A stretch of DNA of 64,000 nt from Acidimicrobiaceae bacterium (GTDB lineage Bacteria > Actinomycetota > Acidimicrobiia > Acidimicrobiales > RAAP-2): NCBI GenBank assembly GCA_027449885.1, contig DAIDKS010000001.1, positions 6,644 through 70,643 on the forward strand, written 5' to 3'. Below the pieces are notes generated by a model. The model did not search any database. It saw nothing but the letters and a program-made list of their open reading frames with translations, and was not told the DNA's origin. Positions 41,394 to 51,021 of this stretch are shown piece by piece. Made by a program: the position numbers and the translations under genes. Position 1 is the stretch's first letter. Every line of letters begins with the position of its first letter.

Positions 41394-41747
41394 GTGATGA
41401 CTGACACGGCGGCAATGAGTCACGCCAGCACGTCGGCGTGCTGCGAGAGCACCTCTGTCCAGCCTCTCGCACTGTCTCGCGACGACGAGGAGAAGCTCGC
41501 AACCTTGGCCAAGGCTCTCGGTCATCCGATGCGCGTGAGGATCCTGCGCCTGCTCGCGGAGAGCAACTCCTGCGTGACCGGCGACCTCGTCTCGCAACTG
41601 CCGATCGCCCAGTCCACCGTCTCCGAGCACCTGAGGATCCTTCGCGAGGCTGGACTGGTCCAGGGAGAGATCGAGGGCCCCCGAACGTCCTACTGCCTCA
41701 GCCAGGACGGCGTCGCCCGTCTGAAGGCGATCGTCGCGGCACTCTGA
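41394..41747 (+). CDS. arsR: Second ArsR/SmtB repressor
   Basis: N-terminal CC, KALGHPMR, CVTGDL, AQSTVSEHL, YCL. Confidence 0.88.
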   Translation: MMTDTAAMSHASTSACCESTSVQPLALSRDDEEKLATLAKALGHPMRVRILRLLAESNSCVTGDLVSQLPIAQSTVSEHLRILREAGLVQGEIEGPRTSYCLSQDGVARLKAIVAAL

Positions 41748-41767
41748 GCGACGGCGACGCCACGTCG

Positions 41768-41811
41768 TTGACAGGACACGGTGATACGCATATAATCGTT
41801 CTTCGACGATT
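41768..41811 (+). promoter_or_regulatory. Consensus housekeeping-sigma promoter of arsDA with overlapping ArsR-type operator
   Basis: TTGACA (41768)-N17-TATAAT (41791); AATCGT-N6-ACGATT inverted repeat at 41794-41811. Confidence 0.8.
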
Positions 41812-41835
41812 ACCGATTACCACCGGAGGAGCCCA

Positions 41836-42573
41836 ATGTCCGTGATCGAAGTCTTTGACCCGCCGATGTGCTGCTCAACCGGAGTCTGCGGACCCCGTGT
41901 CGACCCGGCCCTGGCAGCGTTCGCCTCCGACCTCGGCGAGCTCGCCGCGCGAGGGGTGAGCGTCACGCGCCACAACCTCTCCCAGGAGCCGGCGGCCTTC
42001 GCCGAAGACGAACTGGTGCGCGGCCTGCTTCACGAGCACGGCGACGAGGTCCTGCCGGTCATCAAGGTCAATGGCGAGCTTCGCTCGTCCGGGCGCTACC
42101 CCAGCCGTGAGCAGCTGGAGTCATGGACCCTCGGTGACGCCGAGACGTCCCTCGACGCCCGGACGGCGGAGTTGGTGGCCCTGGGGGCCGCGATAGGGGC
42201 CAACTGTGAGTCCTGCCTCAAGTACCACTACAACCAGGCGCGTCTCCTCGGAGTCAGCTCGGCGACGATGGTGGCCGCCGCGCGCGTCGCTCAAACGGTT
42301 AAGGATGCTCCCGCCGCCTCGATGCTGGCCCTGGCCGCCAAGCTTCTGGAGACGACTCCCGAGTCACTCGGCGCCACGGCGACGGGTGCCACTACAGCGA
42401 GCGACGCCGGGCCGTCGCCAGATGACTCCGCGTGCTGCTCGCCCGCCACGGACCTCGAGGTGGCGAGCTCGTCGGACGAGGACTGCGGATGCGGCGACGG
42501 CGGCTGCGCCAGTCCCAGTTCCGAGTCTCTGAGCATCGGGGCGAATCCGAAGTCGGAGAGCTGCTGTGGCTGA
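41836..42573 (+). CDS. arsD: ArsD metallochaperone fused to an AhpD/CMD domain and a Cys-rich tail
   Basis: FDPPMCCSTGVCGP; ELVALGAAIGANCESCLKYH; tail with CC, CGC, C and CC. Confidence 0.85.
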   Translation: MSVIEVFDPPMCCSTGVCGPRVDPALAAFASDLGELAARGVSVTRHNLSQEPAAFAEDELVRGLLHEHGDEVLPVIKVNGELRSSGRYPSREQLESWTLGDAETSLDARTAELVALGAAIGANCESCLKYHYNQARLLGVSSATMVAAARVAQTVKDAPAASMLALAAKLLETTPESLGATATGATTASDAGPSPDDSACCSPATDLEVASSSDEDCGCGDGGCASPSSESLSIGANPKSESCCG

Positions 42574-44389
42574 GTCGCCCTCAGCTCTGAGTTCCCTTCT
42601 CGTGCACTCGCCCAAGTTCCTCTTCTTCACGGGCAAGGGTGGAGTCGGCAAGACGTCGATCGCCTCGGCGACGGCGGTGGCGCTCGCGGACCTGGGACGG
42701 CGCGTCCTTATTGTCTCCACCGATCCGGCCTCGAACCTTGACGAGGTGCTCGAGACACCCTTGGACGCCACGCCACGCGCCGTGGCGGGCGTTCCTGGGC
42801 TGGACGCGTCCAACCTCGACCCGCTGGTGGCCGCGGCCGCCTATCGCGAGCGGGTGGTCGGCCCCTACCGTGGCGTGCTGCCCGAGCTGACGGTGGCGAA
42901 CATTGAGGAGCAGCTCTCGGGAGCCTGCACGGTGGAGATCGCCGCCTTTGATGAGTTCGTGACCCTCCTGGCCAACCCCGAGGCGACCGCCGCGTACGAG
43001 CACGTCATCTTCGACACCGCGCCCACCGGGCACACACTTCGCATGCTCTCTCTGCCGGGAGCGTGGGACGAGTTCATGGACGCGAGTACCCTCGGCGTCT
43101 CCTGCATCGGACCCTTGGCCGGACTGACCCAGCAACACGAGGCGTACCGCCGCGCGATCGCAGCGCTGGCCGACGCCGAGCGCACCCTGCTCGTCCTGGT
43201 CACACGGGCCGACGACATCGCCCTGGACGAGGCCGCCCGCGCCTCGCGCGAGCTAGCGGCACTCGGCATTGTGAACCAGCGCCTGGTCCTCAACGGCGTG
43301 CTGCACGCGCCCAACTCGGAGGACTCCTTGGCCGTGGCACTCACGGCGCGAAGCGCGCGCGCGATCGCCGAGGCCCCCGCGATCCTCCAGGATCTGCCCC
43401 GAGACGTGATCCCGCTGTTCGCGTGGTCCCCTCGCGGCGTCGACGCACTGCGCGCCGTAGGCTCGCACGCCCCGGCTCCCGCCCCAGCACCGTTGCGTGA
43501 GCTCACCTCGCCGACCGAGGGCCTGAGTGAACTGATCGACGCTGTGAGCGCCAACGGGAGCGGACTGGTGATGACGATGGGCAAGGGCGGAGTCGGAAAG
43601 ACCACGCTCGCCGTGGCGGTGGCGCTCGAGCTGGCTCGGCGCGGGCACCGGGTCCACCTGTCGACCACTGACCCGGCCGCGCACCTGGACGCGGTGCTCG
43701 CCGAGTCAGCAACTGGGCTCACGGGGCTCACGGGGCTCAGCGTGCATCGCATCGACCCCGAGGCGGTCACTGCCGAGTACACGGCGGAGGTGATGGCAGA
43801 GGCCGGCGCCGACCTCGACGACGCCGCACGCGCTGTGCTCGAGGAGGATCTTCGATCACCCTGCACGGCAGAGATCGCGGTCTTTCGCGCCTTCGCTCGT
43901 ACCGTGGGCGAGGCGGTCGAGGGCTTCGTCGTGCTCGACACCGCCCCGACGGGACACACTCTGCTATTGCTCGACTCGGCTCGCGCCTACCACCAGGAGG
44001 TTCTGCGACAAGGTGGCGTCGTGCCCGAGGACGTTGAGCGGCTGCTTGAACGCCTGGGCGATCCCGACTTCACCAGTGTGCTGATCGTGACCCTGCCCGA
44101 AGCGACGCCGGTGCACGAGGCAGCCGCGCTGCAGGACGACCTGCGCCGCGCCGGCATCGAGCCTCGCGCCTGGATCGTCAACCAGAGCCTCTTTGCGGCG
44201 GGCGTTACGGAGCCAACCCTCTCCGCACGCGCCGACGCCGAGACGAACGTCATCAACGAGGTACTGGAGATGTACAGCCCGACGCTGGTCCTGCTGCCGA
44301 TGCTGGGTGAGCCCCCGATCGGCACCGCTGGCATCAAACGCCTGCTGGCGACGTCGGCGAGCGCCGCCACCACGACCGCTGACGCGTGA
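42566..44389 (+). CDS. arsA: Arsenite-stimulated ATPase
   Basis: Two GKGGVGKT, two DTAPTGHT, SGACTVE, SCIGP, SPCTAE. Confidence 0.96.
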   Translation: MAESPSALSSLLVHSPKFLFFTGKGGVGKTSIASATAVALADLGRRVLIVSTDPASNLDEVLETPLDATPRAVAGVPGLDASNLDPLVAAAAYRERVVGPYRGVLPELTVANIEEQLSGACTVEIAAFDEFVTLLANPEATAAYEHVIFDTAPTGHTLRMLSLPGAWDEFMDASTLGVSCIGPLAGLTQQHEAYRRAIAALADAERTLLVLVTRADDIALDEAARASRELAALGIVNQRLVLNGVLHAPNSEDSLAVALTARSARAIAEAPAILQDLPRDVIPLFAWSPRGVDALRAVGSHAPAPAPAPLRELTSPTEGLSELIDAVSANGSGLVMTMGKGGVGKTTLAVAVALELARRGHRVHLSTTDPAAHLDAVLAESATGLTGLTGLSVHRIDPEAVTAEYTAEVMAEAGADLDDAARAVLEEDLRSPCTAEIAVFRAFARTVGEAVEGFVVLDTAPTGHTLLLLDSARAYHQEVLRQGGVVPEDVERLLERLGDPDFTSVLIVTLPEATPVHEAAALQDDLRRAGIEPRAWIVNQSLFAAGVTEPTLSARADAETNVINEVLEMYSPTLVLLPMLGEPPIGTAGIKRLLATSASAATTTADA

Positions 44390-44443
44390 GACGGATTCAG
44401 CGCTGTAGCCGCGAGAGCATCACCAATAGGAATAGGAGAATCC

Positions 44444-44800
44444 ATGTCCAAGGTCGTAGTCCATATCTTTCACGGCGACGATGACTCGCTGTCCGCTGGC
44501 TCGCACGTCAGCGAGCGCATCCGTCAGGTCGCCGCTGAACAGGGCGTCTCGCTCGAGGTCTTCTGCTTTGGTCCGGCCCAAGGCGCCCTGAGCGCGTCGG
44601 GTGACTCCGTCGTTAGATCCGAGTACAACCAGCAGATAGACGAACTCATCGACGCGGGAGTGCCCGTAGGCGCCTGTCTCAACGCTGCGCGCGCGGCCGG
44701 GACCGAGGAAGCACTCTCGGCCCGCGGCATCACCCTGCAGTTCGCTCGTGACGCCTTCGTGCGCTATGCACTTGAGGGCGCCACCGTGATCAATTTCTAG
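44444..44800 (+). CDS. DsrE/F-like sulfur-relay protein
   Basis: KVVVHIF, EVFCFGPA, GACLNAA, EGATVINF. Confidence 0.65.
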   Translation: MSKVVVHIFHGDDDSLSAGSHVSERIRQVAAEQGVSLEVFCFGPAQGALSASGDSVVRSEYNQQIDELIDAGVPVGACLNAARAAGTEEALSARGITLQFARDAFVRYALEGATVINF

Positions 44801-44804
44801 ATTC

Positions 44805-45593
44805 GTGGCACTCGAAGATCAGGCCTCGGAGGAGCCGAGGAGCGACGAGGTGACCTGGTCTCTCGCAGCGTGGCTGGAGCGGGCGACCTTGCCGAGTTTC
44901 TCGGTCCTCGACACTCGCTCGGCCCAGGGCCGACTCGACCCGAGGGTGAAGACCGTTCGCGTGGCGGACCTCATCCTGGCGCACGGGCACCCTTGTGACG
45001 GACTCTTGCGCGGCGTCTGGGCGATGCGGGCCCTGGCCGACGTCGCCTTCGGAGATGACCCTTTCGACCGCAGCGACCTGCTCGTGGTCTCCAAGAATTC
45101 GCCGTGCCTCGGTGACGTGGCGGCCTACCTTACCGGCGCTCGCGTGCGCTTCGGCACGCACCGTCTCGACGACTCGCTGGGCGTGGGCTTTCAGGTTCAG
45201 CGCCTATCGAGCGGCGAGGCCTGGGAAGTTCGCGAGGAGCCGGGGTTCTTTCCCGCCGAGATCAGCGCCTGGGAGTCGAGCCTGCTAAGCGAGACGTATT
45301 CGGAGTCCGAGAAGCGCGAGATCCTCGCGGTTCACGAATCCGCTCAATGGAACTGGGTCCGCGACGTCTTGTTTCAGAGCGCGCCGAGCGAGCACTATCA
45401 CGCGAGACGCCTCGAGAGCTTCGATCCCCCCGCGCCGCTCCACGAAGCCCGGCGCACCGACACCGTGAACCGCTCAGTGCCTCCTCCTCTCGAGGTTCCG
45501 AGTCCGGACGATCCAGGTGTTCACATACTGCCCAGCAAGCCCGCCGAGTCCCGCTGGCAGCACACGTACGATATTGGGCCGAGCGCGTCGTAG
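44805..45593 (+). CDS. FmdE-family protein
   Basis: AHGHPCDGLLRG and NSPCLGD His/Cys motifs. Confidence 0.65.
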   Translation: MALEDQASEEPRSDEVTWSLAAWLERATLPSFSVLDTRSAQGRLDPRVKTVRVADLILAHGHPCDGLLRGVWAMRALADVAFGDDPFDRSDLLVVSKNSPCLGDVAAYLTGARVRFGTHRLDDSLGVGFQVQRLSSGEAWEVREEPGFFPAEISAWESSLLSETYSESEKREILAVHESAQWNWVRDVLFQSAPSEHYHARRLESFDPPAPLHEARRTDTVNRSVPPPLEVPSPDDPGVHILPSKPAESRWQHTYDIGPSAS

Positions 45594-45827
45594 GCGTTCT
45601 AGAGTCACGTGCCAGCGGGTTGGCGCTCCGGGATCATGCGCTGGCGGTGCACTGACCGGTCCCCGATTGCTGGTCCACTCACGATGCGAGGAACTGCTTC
45701 TGTCGGGTGAGCCACTGATCAACGAACACGGCTGGGGTCTTTCACCCATGAGTGCTGTGGGCTCGGTTGATGTCGTCGTCGATGCCGCCGTGTTGTCCGC
45801 TCCTGACGACCCGAATTGTGCCGAATA

Positions 45828-46061
45828 CCGTGGCAGGGTCAACGGCAAGAAGTCCACACGCCTGTGTTTGCTTGACGCTTCGCTCACAAGAAAGGGGCTT
45901 GCAGGGCCCCGTACTTGTGTGTCACTCAGTCGAAACTTCTCCATCGCTAAGCACCACAAATGGGGCGTCATGAGGGTAGTCCCATCGCTCGGGTGCGAGC
46001 CTTCTCGCCTGGTCCGCGCGAAAATGCCGTGGCAACTACCGAGGCAGCGCTGCCTCGATCC
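45828..46061 (+). repeat. Right end of element A, homologous to 52300-52534
   Basis: CCGTGGCA at 45828 and 46027, CCGAGGCA at 46039; core-like GGGGC-TTGCAGG-GCCCCGTACT at 45894-45915. Confidence 0.88.
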
Positions 46062-46110
46062 TGGAGGCGGCGTCCGGATTCGAACCGGAGTACGGGGCTT
46101 TGCAGGCCCC
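46062..46110 (-). repeat. att copy 2 (junction between elements A and B)
   Basis: Identical 49 bp of the tRNA-Cys 3' part. Confidence 0.97.
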
Positions 46111-46242
46111 GACAACGTGGGCCAGGGCGCGCCTGACTGTGCCAGGAGTCCTTGAAACACTGATGATTGTCCCACTTTCCTGACACCACTTGGTATCTGC
46201 CCCGCACGGATTACGTCAGTTACCGTGGCAATTACCGTGGCA
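46111..46242 (+). repeat. Left end of element B, homologous to 31226-31358
   Basis: TGGGCC, CGCGCC, TGTGCC at 46118, 46128, 46138; CCGTGGCA at 46223 and 46235. Confidence 0.85.
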
Positions 46243-46579
46243 GCCTTCCTTACGGTTTGTCATCATTCTGCAATATCCCCAATAGCATCGCTTGCTGACG
46301 ACGTCAGCGACGCTCGCAAAGAGGGCCGGCCGCGCCTCTGATTCCGACTCAGACGACCTTCGGCACCTCGTTCGGTTTCTTTGCCAACCGAGTTGGCATG
46401 AGACGCTACCGACGACCAGTGACACCAAATGCTCCGGCGACAGTGCTCACGCTGCCGCCATGAGGGGACCGGCAGGCCGCCCAGCAGGACCGCTGCGCCA
46501 ACGGAGAGGCCGTCATAGATTCCATGCCCTCAGTGCCAAACCCCGCCACCAGGTCGGCACGAGCAGGGATAATTGGGGC

Positions 46580-46966
46580 ATGGCTGGCACCGTGCACGAC
46601 ACTCACGACCTCGCCGAGCAGGTACATGCCGCCTTCACGGCTCGGGACCTCCAGGCGTTCGGCGTTCTGCTCAGCAGCGATGTTCGCTGGGGTGACGACG
46701 ATCTCCCTCGACGGTGCCGGAGCCGTTCGGACGTGCTCGCGACGTTCCGTCGGCTCATGGATGAAGGCATGGAAGCCGACGTCACCGAATGCGTCGCAGG
46801 AACGAATGGACTCCTCTGCGGTCTTGCCGTGACGCTCCCGGGTCGGGGCAACCATCCAAGCGAGCGGAACCTCTTCCACGTCTACCTCGTGCGCGACAAC
46901 CGCATTGTCGAGATTCAGCCTTACGACGATCGAACGTCGGCTGCTATGGCAGCAGGCATCGCGTAA
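46580..46966 (+). CDS. SnoaL/NTF2-like protein
   Basis: AFTARDLQAFGVLLSSDVRW...VYLVRDNRIVEIQPY. Confidence 0.7.
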   Translation: MAGTVHDTHDLAEQVHAAFTARDLQAFGVLLSSDVRWGDDDLPRRCRSRSDVLATFRRLMDEGMEADVTECVAGTNGLLCGLAVTLPGRGNHPSERNLFHVYLVRDNRIVEIQPYDDRTSAAMAAGIA

Positions 46967-46993
46967 GGCACCAACGGTGAAGGGAGCCGACGC

Positions 46994-47215
46994 ATGTCTG
47001 CGGTGACCATCTACGGCGTGTGCGCCGTGACCTTCATGATGGCGATGTATGCCCTTGAGCGTCGGGGCCGGAGGTTCATCCTGGCGTTCGCGCTCGGCTG
47101 TCTCTTGTCGAGCGCCTACGGCTTCCTTTCTGGAGCATGGCCATTTGGCGTCGTCGAGTTCATTTGGTCCGGCGTTGCCATCCGGCGGTATCAGACCAGC
47201 GGCCTTCACCGGTAA
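46994..47215 (+). CDS. Small three-TM hypothetical protein
   Basis: AAGGGAG RBS; hydrophobic; AYGFLSGAWPFGVVE. Confidence 0.65.
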   Translation: MSAVTIYGVCAVTFMMAMYALERRGRRFILAFALGCLLSSAYGFLSGAWPFGVVEFIWSGVAIRRYQTSGLHR

Positions 47216-47252
47216 GCGGCACTCGGGTCCAGCGGGACGGATTTTCAGCTAA

Positions 47253-47900
47253 CTAATGCCCACGTATGGCGCCCGCTGCGCGGAGTAGCTGACGCATGGT
47301 ACTGACAGGGACGCTGTTGCGGTACACGACGTGTCCTGCTGCGTCGATGAGGAAGTAGTCGTCCGGAGTGCCGCTGGGATCGTAGGAAAGCGACAGCGAT
47401 TCCGACGCAGTTCCCCACGTCCAGCCTGGGGAACTGAGGGTGCCACCGGCTGAGCTTCCGAATGCTGCAAGCTCGGTGAGCCCCGAGCGTCCCGGCGGGA
47501 ACGCGCCCCAGAGGCCGAGGGTCACGACATGAATGCCATCTCGATGGAGGGCTGTGAAGTGCGAAGCGACCGCGGGGATGCTCGCTGCGCAGCTCGCACA
47601 CCCGCCAGCCACGAACCACAGCAAGATCGGTTGACCACGAAGTGACGTCACGGTCACGCTCTCGCCCGCGAGCGTGGTGAACGGCCCGTTCGGTGCGATC
47701 AATGGGGTGATCGATTTCGCCTGACGAGCCCTGGCGACGGCTTGCGCCGCTGGTCTGCCGTGGTCCATGTGAATGAAACCGACAGTGCCAGCCGCTGCCA
47801 CGATGGCAGCGATGAGCAGATAGCGAATCACGCGCCGTCCTCGATTCGGCTGCGTCGCGCTGAGAGATTCGGCATCGTCCGAGGCAAGGTCTGTGGTCAT
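47253..47900 (-). CDS. Membrane-anchored thioredoxin-fold (redoxin) protein
   Basis: TM anchor; LLWFVAGGCASC; YFLIDAAGHV. Confidence 0.8.
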   Translation of the reverse strand: MTTDLASDDAESLSATQPNRGRRVIRYLLIAAIVAAAGTVGFIHMDHGRPAAQAVARARQAKSITPLIAPNGPFTTLAGESVTVTSLRGQPILLWFVAGGCASCAASIPAVASHFTALHRDGIHVVTLGLWGAFPPGRSGLTELAAFGSSAGGTLSSPGWTWGTASESLSLSYDPSGTPDDYFLIDAAGHVVYRNSVPVSTMRQLLRAAGAIRGH

Positions 47901-48526
47901 TTCAGCCGTCCAATTGCTGCAAGAAGCTGGGGCATGGTTGCCCCTGGCGAGCTATTCACGTAGGCCACGTGTCCACCAGCATCGAGCAGGTAGTAGATGT
48001 CGAGGTAACTCTGGGGATCGTAGGTTCGGGTGAGCGCGGGAGAGGAAGTTCCGAACGTCCAGTCCGGACTCTTGGCCCCAGGTCCGGCCAGTACATGGGC
48101 GAATTTCGTCATCGACGGGCCAGACTGGCCGAGGTCGTCATACAACTCCACTTCCTCGACGTGCACCCCGTCAGAGCGCATCGTCGCTATCTGCTGCGCC
48201 ATGGCTTGGGTGCCCGCCTGGCATGACGAACACCAAGTAGACACGAACCACAACAACGTCGGCTGGCCGCGAAGTGACGACACTTCTACCCTCGTGCCCG
48301 CGAGGGTCGTGAATGTCCCGTTCGGGGCAAGCTGGCCGACGGCCGGCGTCGCGCTCGCGGTTCCTGACGGCCGATTGGCAAAATGCAGGACAAGCACGAT
48401 GCCTGCGATGACGATGACCGCCACGCCTATGCCGCCAAACCAGCGTCGTCGTTTGCGCGCGACGGCTTCGGCCTTGCGTCGTGCCCGATTGGACATCCCC
48501 CGGGGTGGCTGTGTCGTCTTGCTCAT
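47897..48526 (-). CDS. Membrane-anchored thioredoxin-fold (redoxin) protein, paralog
   Basis: TM anchor; LLWFVSTWCSSC; YYLLDAGGHV. Confidence 0.8.
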   Translation of the reverse strand: MSKTTQPPRGMSNRARRKAEAVARKRRRWFGGIGVAVIVIAGIVLVLHFANRPSGTASATPAVGQLAPNGTFTTLAGTRVEVSSLRGQPTLLWFVSTWCSSCQAGTQAMAQQIATMRSDGVHVEEVELYDDLGQSGPSMTKFAHVLAGPGAKSPDWTFGTSSPALTRTYDPQSYLDIYYLLDAGGHVAYVNSSPGATMPQLLAAIGRLK

Positions 48527-49176
48527 CGGGAACCGCTGTCTTCAGACTGCAGGGCGCCAGGCGACCGGGCAGCATCGCAGTCCGGACCGATATCGCATCC
48601 TGGTCCGACAAGACACGAGGCTGCGGCCACCTTTCGAAGTCCCCACCATGAGGAGAGGACGAGCAGCGCGAGGCTTCCTCCAAGAAACTCCGACTGGTGC
48701 GTGGCAAAGAAGTGCTGAAGGGTGCCAGTCGTGCCATACAGGCCGACTCCCGAAACGCCGACAAACGACAGCACCGTCGGGATGATCGGGGTGCAGCACA
48801 GGAAGCTCGGCAACAGGCTTCCGACAAATGCGAGACCGCCTGCAATTCCACTAGATGCACGAGCCCGGACGATCCGGCGCATGGCGTGGACCTGCACGCT
48901 GACGACGACACCCATCCCCGCTGCGAGCACGATCGCCCAGATGAGGAGGTACGCATTGAGGTACTGCCAGTTCTGGAACGAGACGCGCTGGGTGTAGTCG
49001 AATGGCAGTAGCACGCTGTAGAAGAAGGCGACAACGAGCGTTGCGACAGCGAACACGCTCAGGCTCACCCGGTCCCTGACGATGTCTCCCACGACGCGCG
49101 GGACAGATCGTCGTGGGGACAGTTGGACGAACTGCGCTGCTTCCTGCTTCATATCCGCAAGCTCCGTACTCACCAC
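48523..49176 (-). CDS. Four-TM membrane protein with an intramembrane CC pair
   Basis: SFLCCTP within a TM; Cys-rich C-terminus. Confidence 0.65.
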   Translation of the reverse strand: MVSTELADMKQEAAQFVQLSPRRSVPRVVGDIVRDRVSLSVFAVATLVVAFFYSVLLPFDYTQRVSFQNWQYLNAYLLIWAIVLAAGMGVVVSVQVHAMRRIVRARASSGIAGGLAFVGSLLPSFLCCTPIIPTVLSFVGVSGVGLYGTTGTLQHFFATHQSEFLGGSLALLVLSSWWGLRKVAAASCLVGPGCDIGPDCDAARSPGALQSEDSGSR

Positions 49177-49460
49177 CTCGTCTCCCTGACCGGAGGCTTG
49201 GTCGCGATCGGCTCACAGCACGTCCCTTTCGATCGCGATCGGCGGCGGAGAACGATGACGGCGATGCTGCCGATGACAGCGACAAGAGCGCCGATGACGA
49301 GTCCCCTGGCGAGTGCGCTCGCGGCCGCAAGCACCGCGATGATGAACGGGCCGCCGCAACACAGCACAGGAAGAAGGAAGAGCAGTCCTGCCCACGCACC
49401 AGTTCCTCCCTGTGGCTGTTCGCTTTGCTGGCCTGACTGGAGCTGAGGCTGCTCGCTCAT
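49170..49460 (-). CDS. Small MerF/MerT/MerE-like mercury transporter
   Basis: VLCCGGP in TM1, second TM, cytoplasmic TCCEP; overlaps the merA stop. Confidence 0.65.
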   Translation of the reverse strand: MSEQPQLQSGQQSEQPQGGTGAWAGLLFLLPVLCCGGPFIIAVLAAASALARGLVIGALVAVIGSIAVIVLRRRSRSKGTCCEPIATKPPVRETRW

Positions 49461-50908
49461 GCTGCACAACACGACAATGCAGCGACGTCCCGGGAGAACG
49501 ACTGCGCGGTGAGTTTGATCGCTTCTGCCATCGTGAGGTACGGCGTCCACACGGTGGCAAGCTGTTCGACAGTGAAGTTCGCTTCCAAGGCGTAGACCCC
49601 GGCCAGGATGGCGTCTGCTGCACCGTCAGCAAGGAGGTGGATGCCGAGGACACGGCCGGTGCCCTGCTCAGCAACAATCTTTGCGACCCCGCGAGTATCG
49701 CGATTGACGATGGCACGAGGCACATTCGCGAGCGGGAGCACTCGGCACTCACAGGAGATGCCGCTCCGGACGGCCTCCTCGTCCGTCATGCCTACGGATG
49801 CAATCTGGGGCGAGGTGAAGGTGACCCGCGGGAGCGTGCGGTAGTCCACGCGGCGATGGGAGCCCGACAGGGCATTGTCTGCGACAATCCCGCCGTGCAG
49901 CCCCGCGACGTAGACGAACTGGGGATGTCCTGTGACGTCCCCGGCTGCGAAGATGCGCGGATTCGTCGTACGCAGTTCGTCGTCAACGATGACCTCGCCA
50001 CGCGATCCGACGCGGACACCGACAGCATCGAGTCCAAGGCCGCTCGTGTTCGGACGGCGGCCAGTCGCAACGAGCAGGGCTTCAGCACGAAGTGACCGGG
50101 ACCCGCTGGAAGTGTCGATTCCGACGGCGACGACCCCGTTCTCCTGAAGCACCTTCGTTACAGTCACGCCAGCTTCGACAGCGATCCCCTCGTCGTCGAA
50201 GATGCGCGTGAGTGCCTCGGACACCTCTGGTTCCTCGAACGGGGCGATGCGGGAAATGGCCTCCACGATGGTGACCTTCGAGCCGAGGCGGCCGAAGAGC
50301 TGCCCCTGTTCGAGACCGACGGCATTGCCCCCGATGACAATGAGCGACTCCGGGACATGGTCCAGCTCCATGGCCGTCGTCGATGTCAGGTAGTGGACCT
50401 GCTCAAGACCCGGGATGGGAGGTACCCAGGGTGCAGCACCGGTAGCGATGACGTAGTGACCGGCAACGACCGTGGCCCCGTCTACGGTCAACGTGCCATT
50501 GGCACTGAAGCGACCGTGTCCGTGGATGATGTCGAAGCCATATAGGTCGGCGAGGTTCTCGTACTTCTCGTGGCGCAGCGCCTCGACGATCGCACCCTTG
50601 CCCGCGATGAGAGCCGACATGTCCACGGCCTGGGCGCCTGTCTCGATACCGGGAAATCGCCCGGAAACAGCCGTGTGACGCACCTCGGCGGCGGCCAACA
50701 AGGCCTTAGACGGGACGCATCCGACATTCACACAGGTGCCGCCGACGAGTCCCTCCTCGACCATGACGACTGACGCGCCTATTCGCTTCGCGGCAATGGC
50801 CGTTGCGAAGGCGGCGCTCCCCGACCCGACAATCGCTAGGTCGTACCGTGCGTGACTCGAGGCGTCCTCACGCCTCTTCTCCGGGCCTCCATCGCAGCAC
50901 TCCATCAT
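49457..50908 (-). CDS. merA: Mercuric reductase lacking an NmerA domain
   Basis: GSGSAA, GGTCVNVGCVPSK, QFVYVA, PYLTMAE, C-terminal LSCCAA. Confidence 0.95.
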   Translation of the reverse strand: MMECCDGGPEKRREDASSHARYDLAIVGSGSAAFATAIAAKRIGASVVMVEEGLVGGTCVNVGCVPSKALLAAAEVRHTAVSGRFPGIETGAQAVDMSALIAGKGAIVEALRHEKYENLADLYGFDIIHGHGRFSANGTLTVDGATVVAGHYVIATGAAPWVPPIPGLEQVHYLTSTTAMELDHVPESLIVIGGNAVGLEQGQLFGRLGSKVTIVEAISRIAPFEEPEVSEALTRIFDDEGIAVEAGVTVTKVLQENGVVAVGIDTSSGSRSLRAEALLVATGRRPNTSGLGLDAVGVRVGSRGEVIVDDELRTTNPRIFAAGDVTGHPQFVYVAGLHGGIVADNALSGSHRRVDYRTLPRVTFTSPQIASVGMTDEEAVRSGISCECRVLPLANVPRAIVNRDTRGVAKIVAEQGTGRVLGIHLLADGAADAILAGVYALEANFTVEQLATVWTPYLTMAEAIKLTAQSFSRDVAALSCCAA

Positions 50909-50973
50909 CGGCTCCTTCCAGGCTGAATTTGCGATACCCCACTGGCCCAGATGCTCCGGTGGGCCACGCATCC

Positions 50974-51005
50974 AGGATAAACCCTCCAGTGTGATGGAGA
51001 GTCAA
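50974..51005 (-). promoter_or_regulatory. MerR-type promoter/operator
   Basis: TTGACT-N20-TATCCT on the minus strand with CTCCA-N6-TGGAG dyad in the long spacer. Confidence 0.8.
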
Positions 51006-51021
51006 GAGGTATATTTGAGAA

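Larger units (their letters stand above)
31177..46110. mobile_element. Integrated element A at tRNA-Cys (about 14.9 kb; sulfur, acid and arsenic cargo; no integrase seen)
   Basis: Flanked by 49-bp tRNA repeats; ends homologous to element B; lower GC than flanks by eye. Confidence 0.88.

Noticed and set aside
43712-43739. 9-bp tandem repeat in arsA (TGLTGLTGL)
   Set aside because: In-frame slippage in a probable loop; no sign of phase variation
45474-46428. ORFs across the element junction as integrase or excisionase (also 52122-52625)
   Set aside because: No recombinase or HTH motifs; their mutual similarity just reflects the repeated non-coding ends
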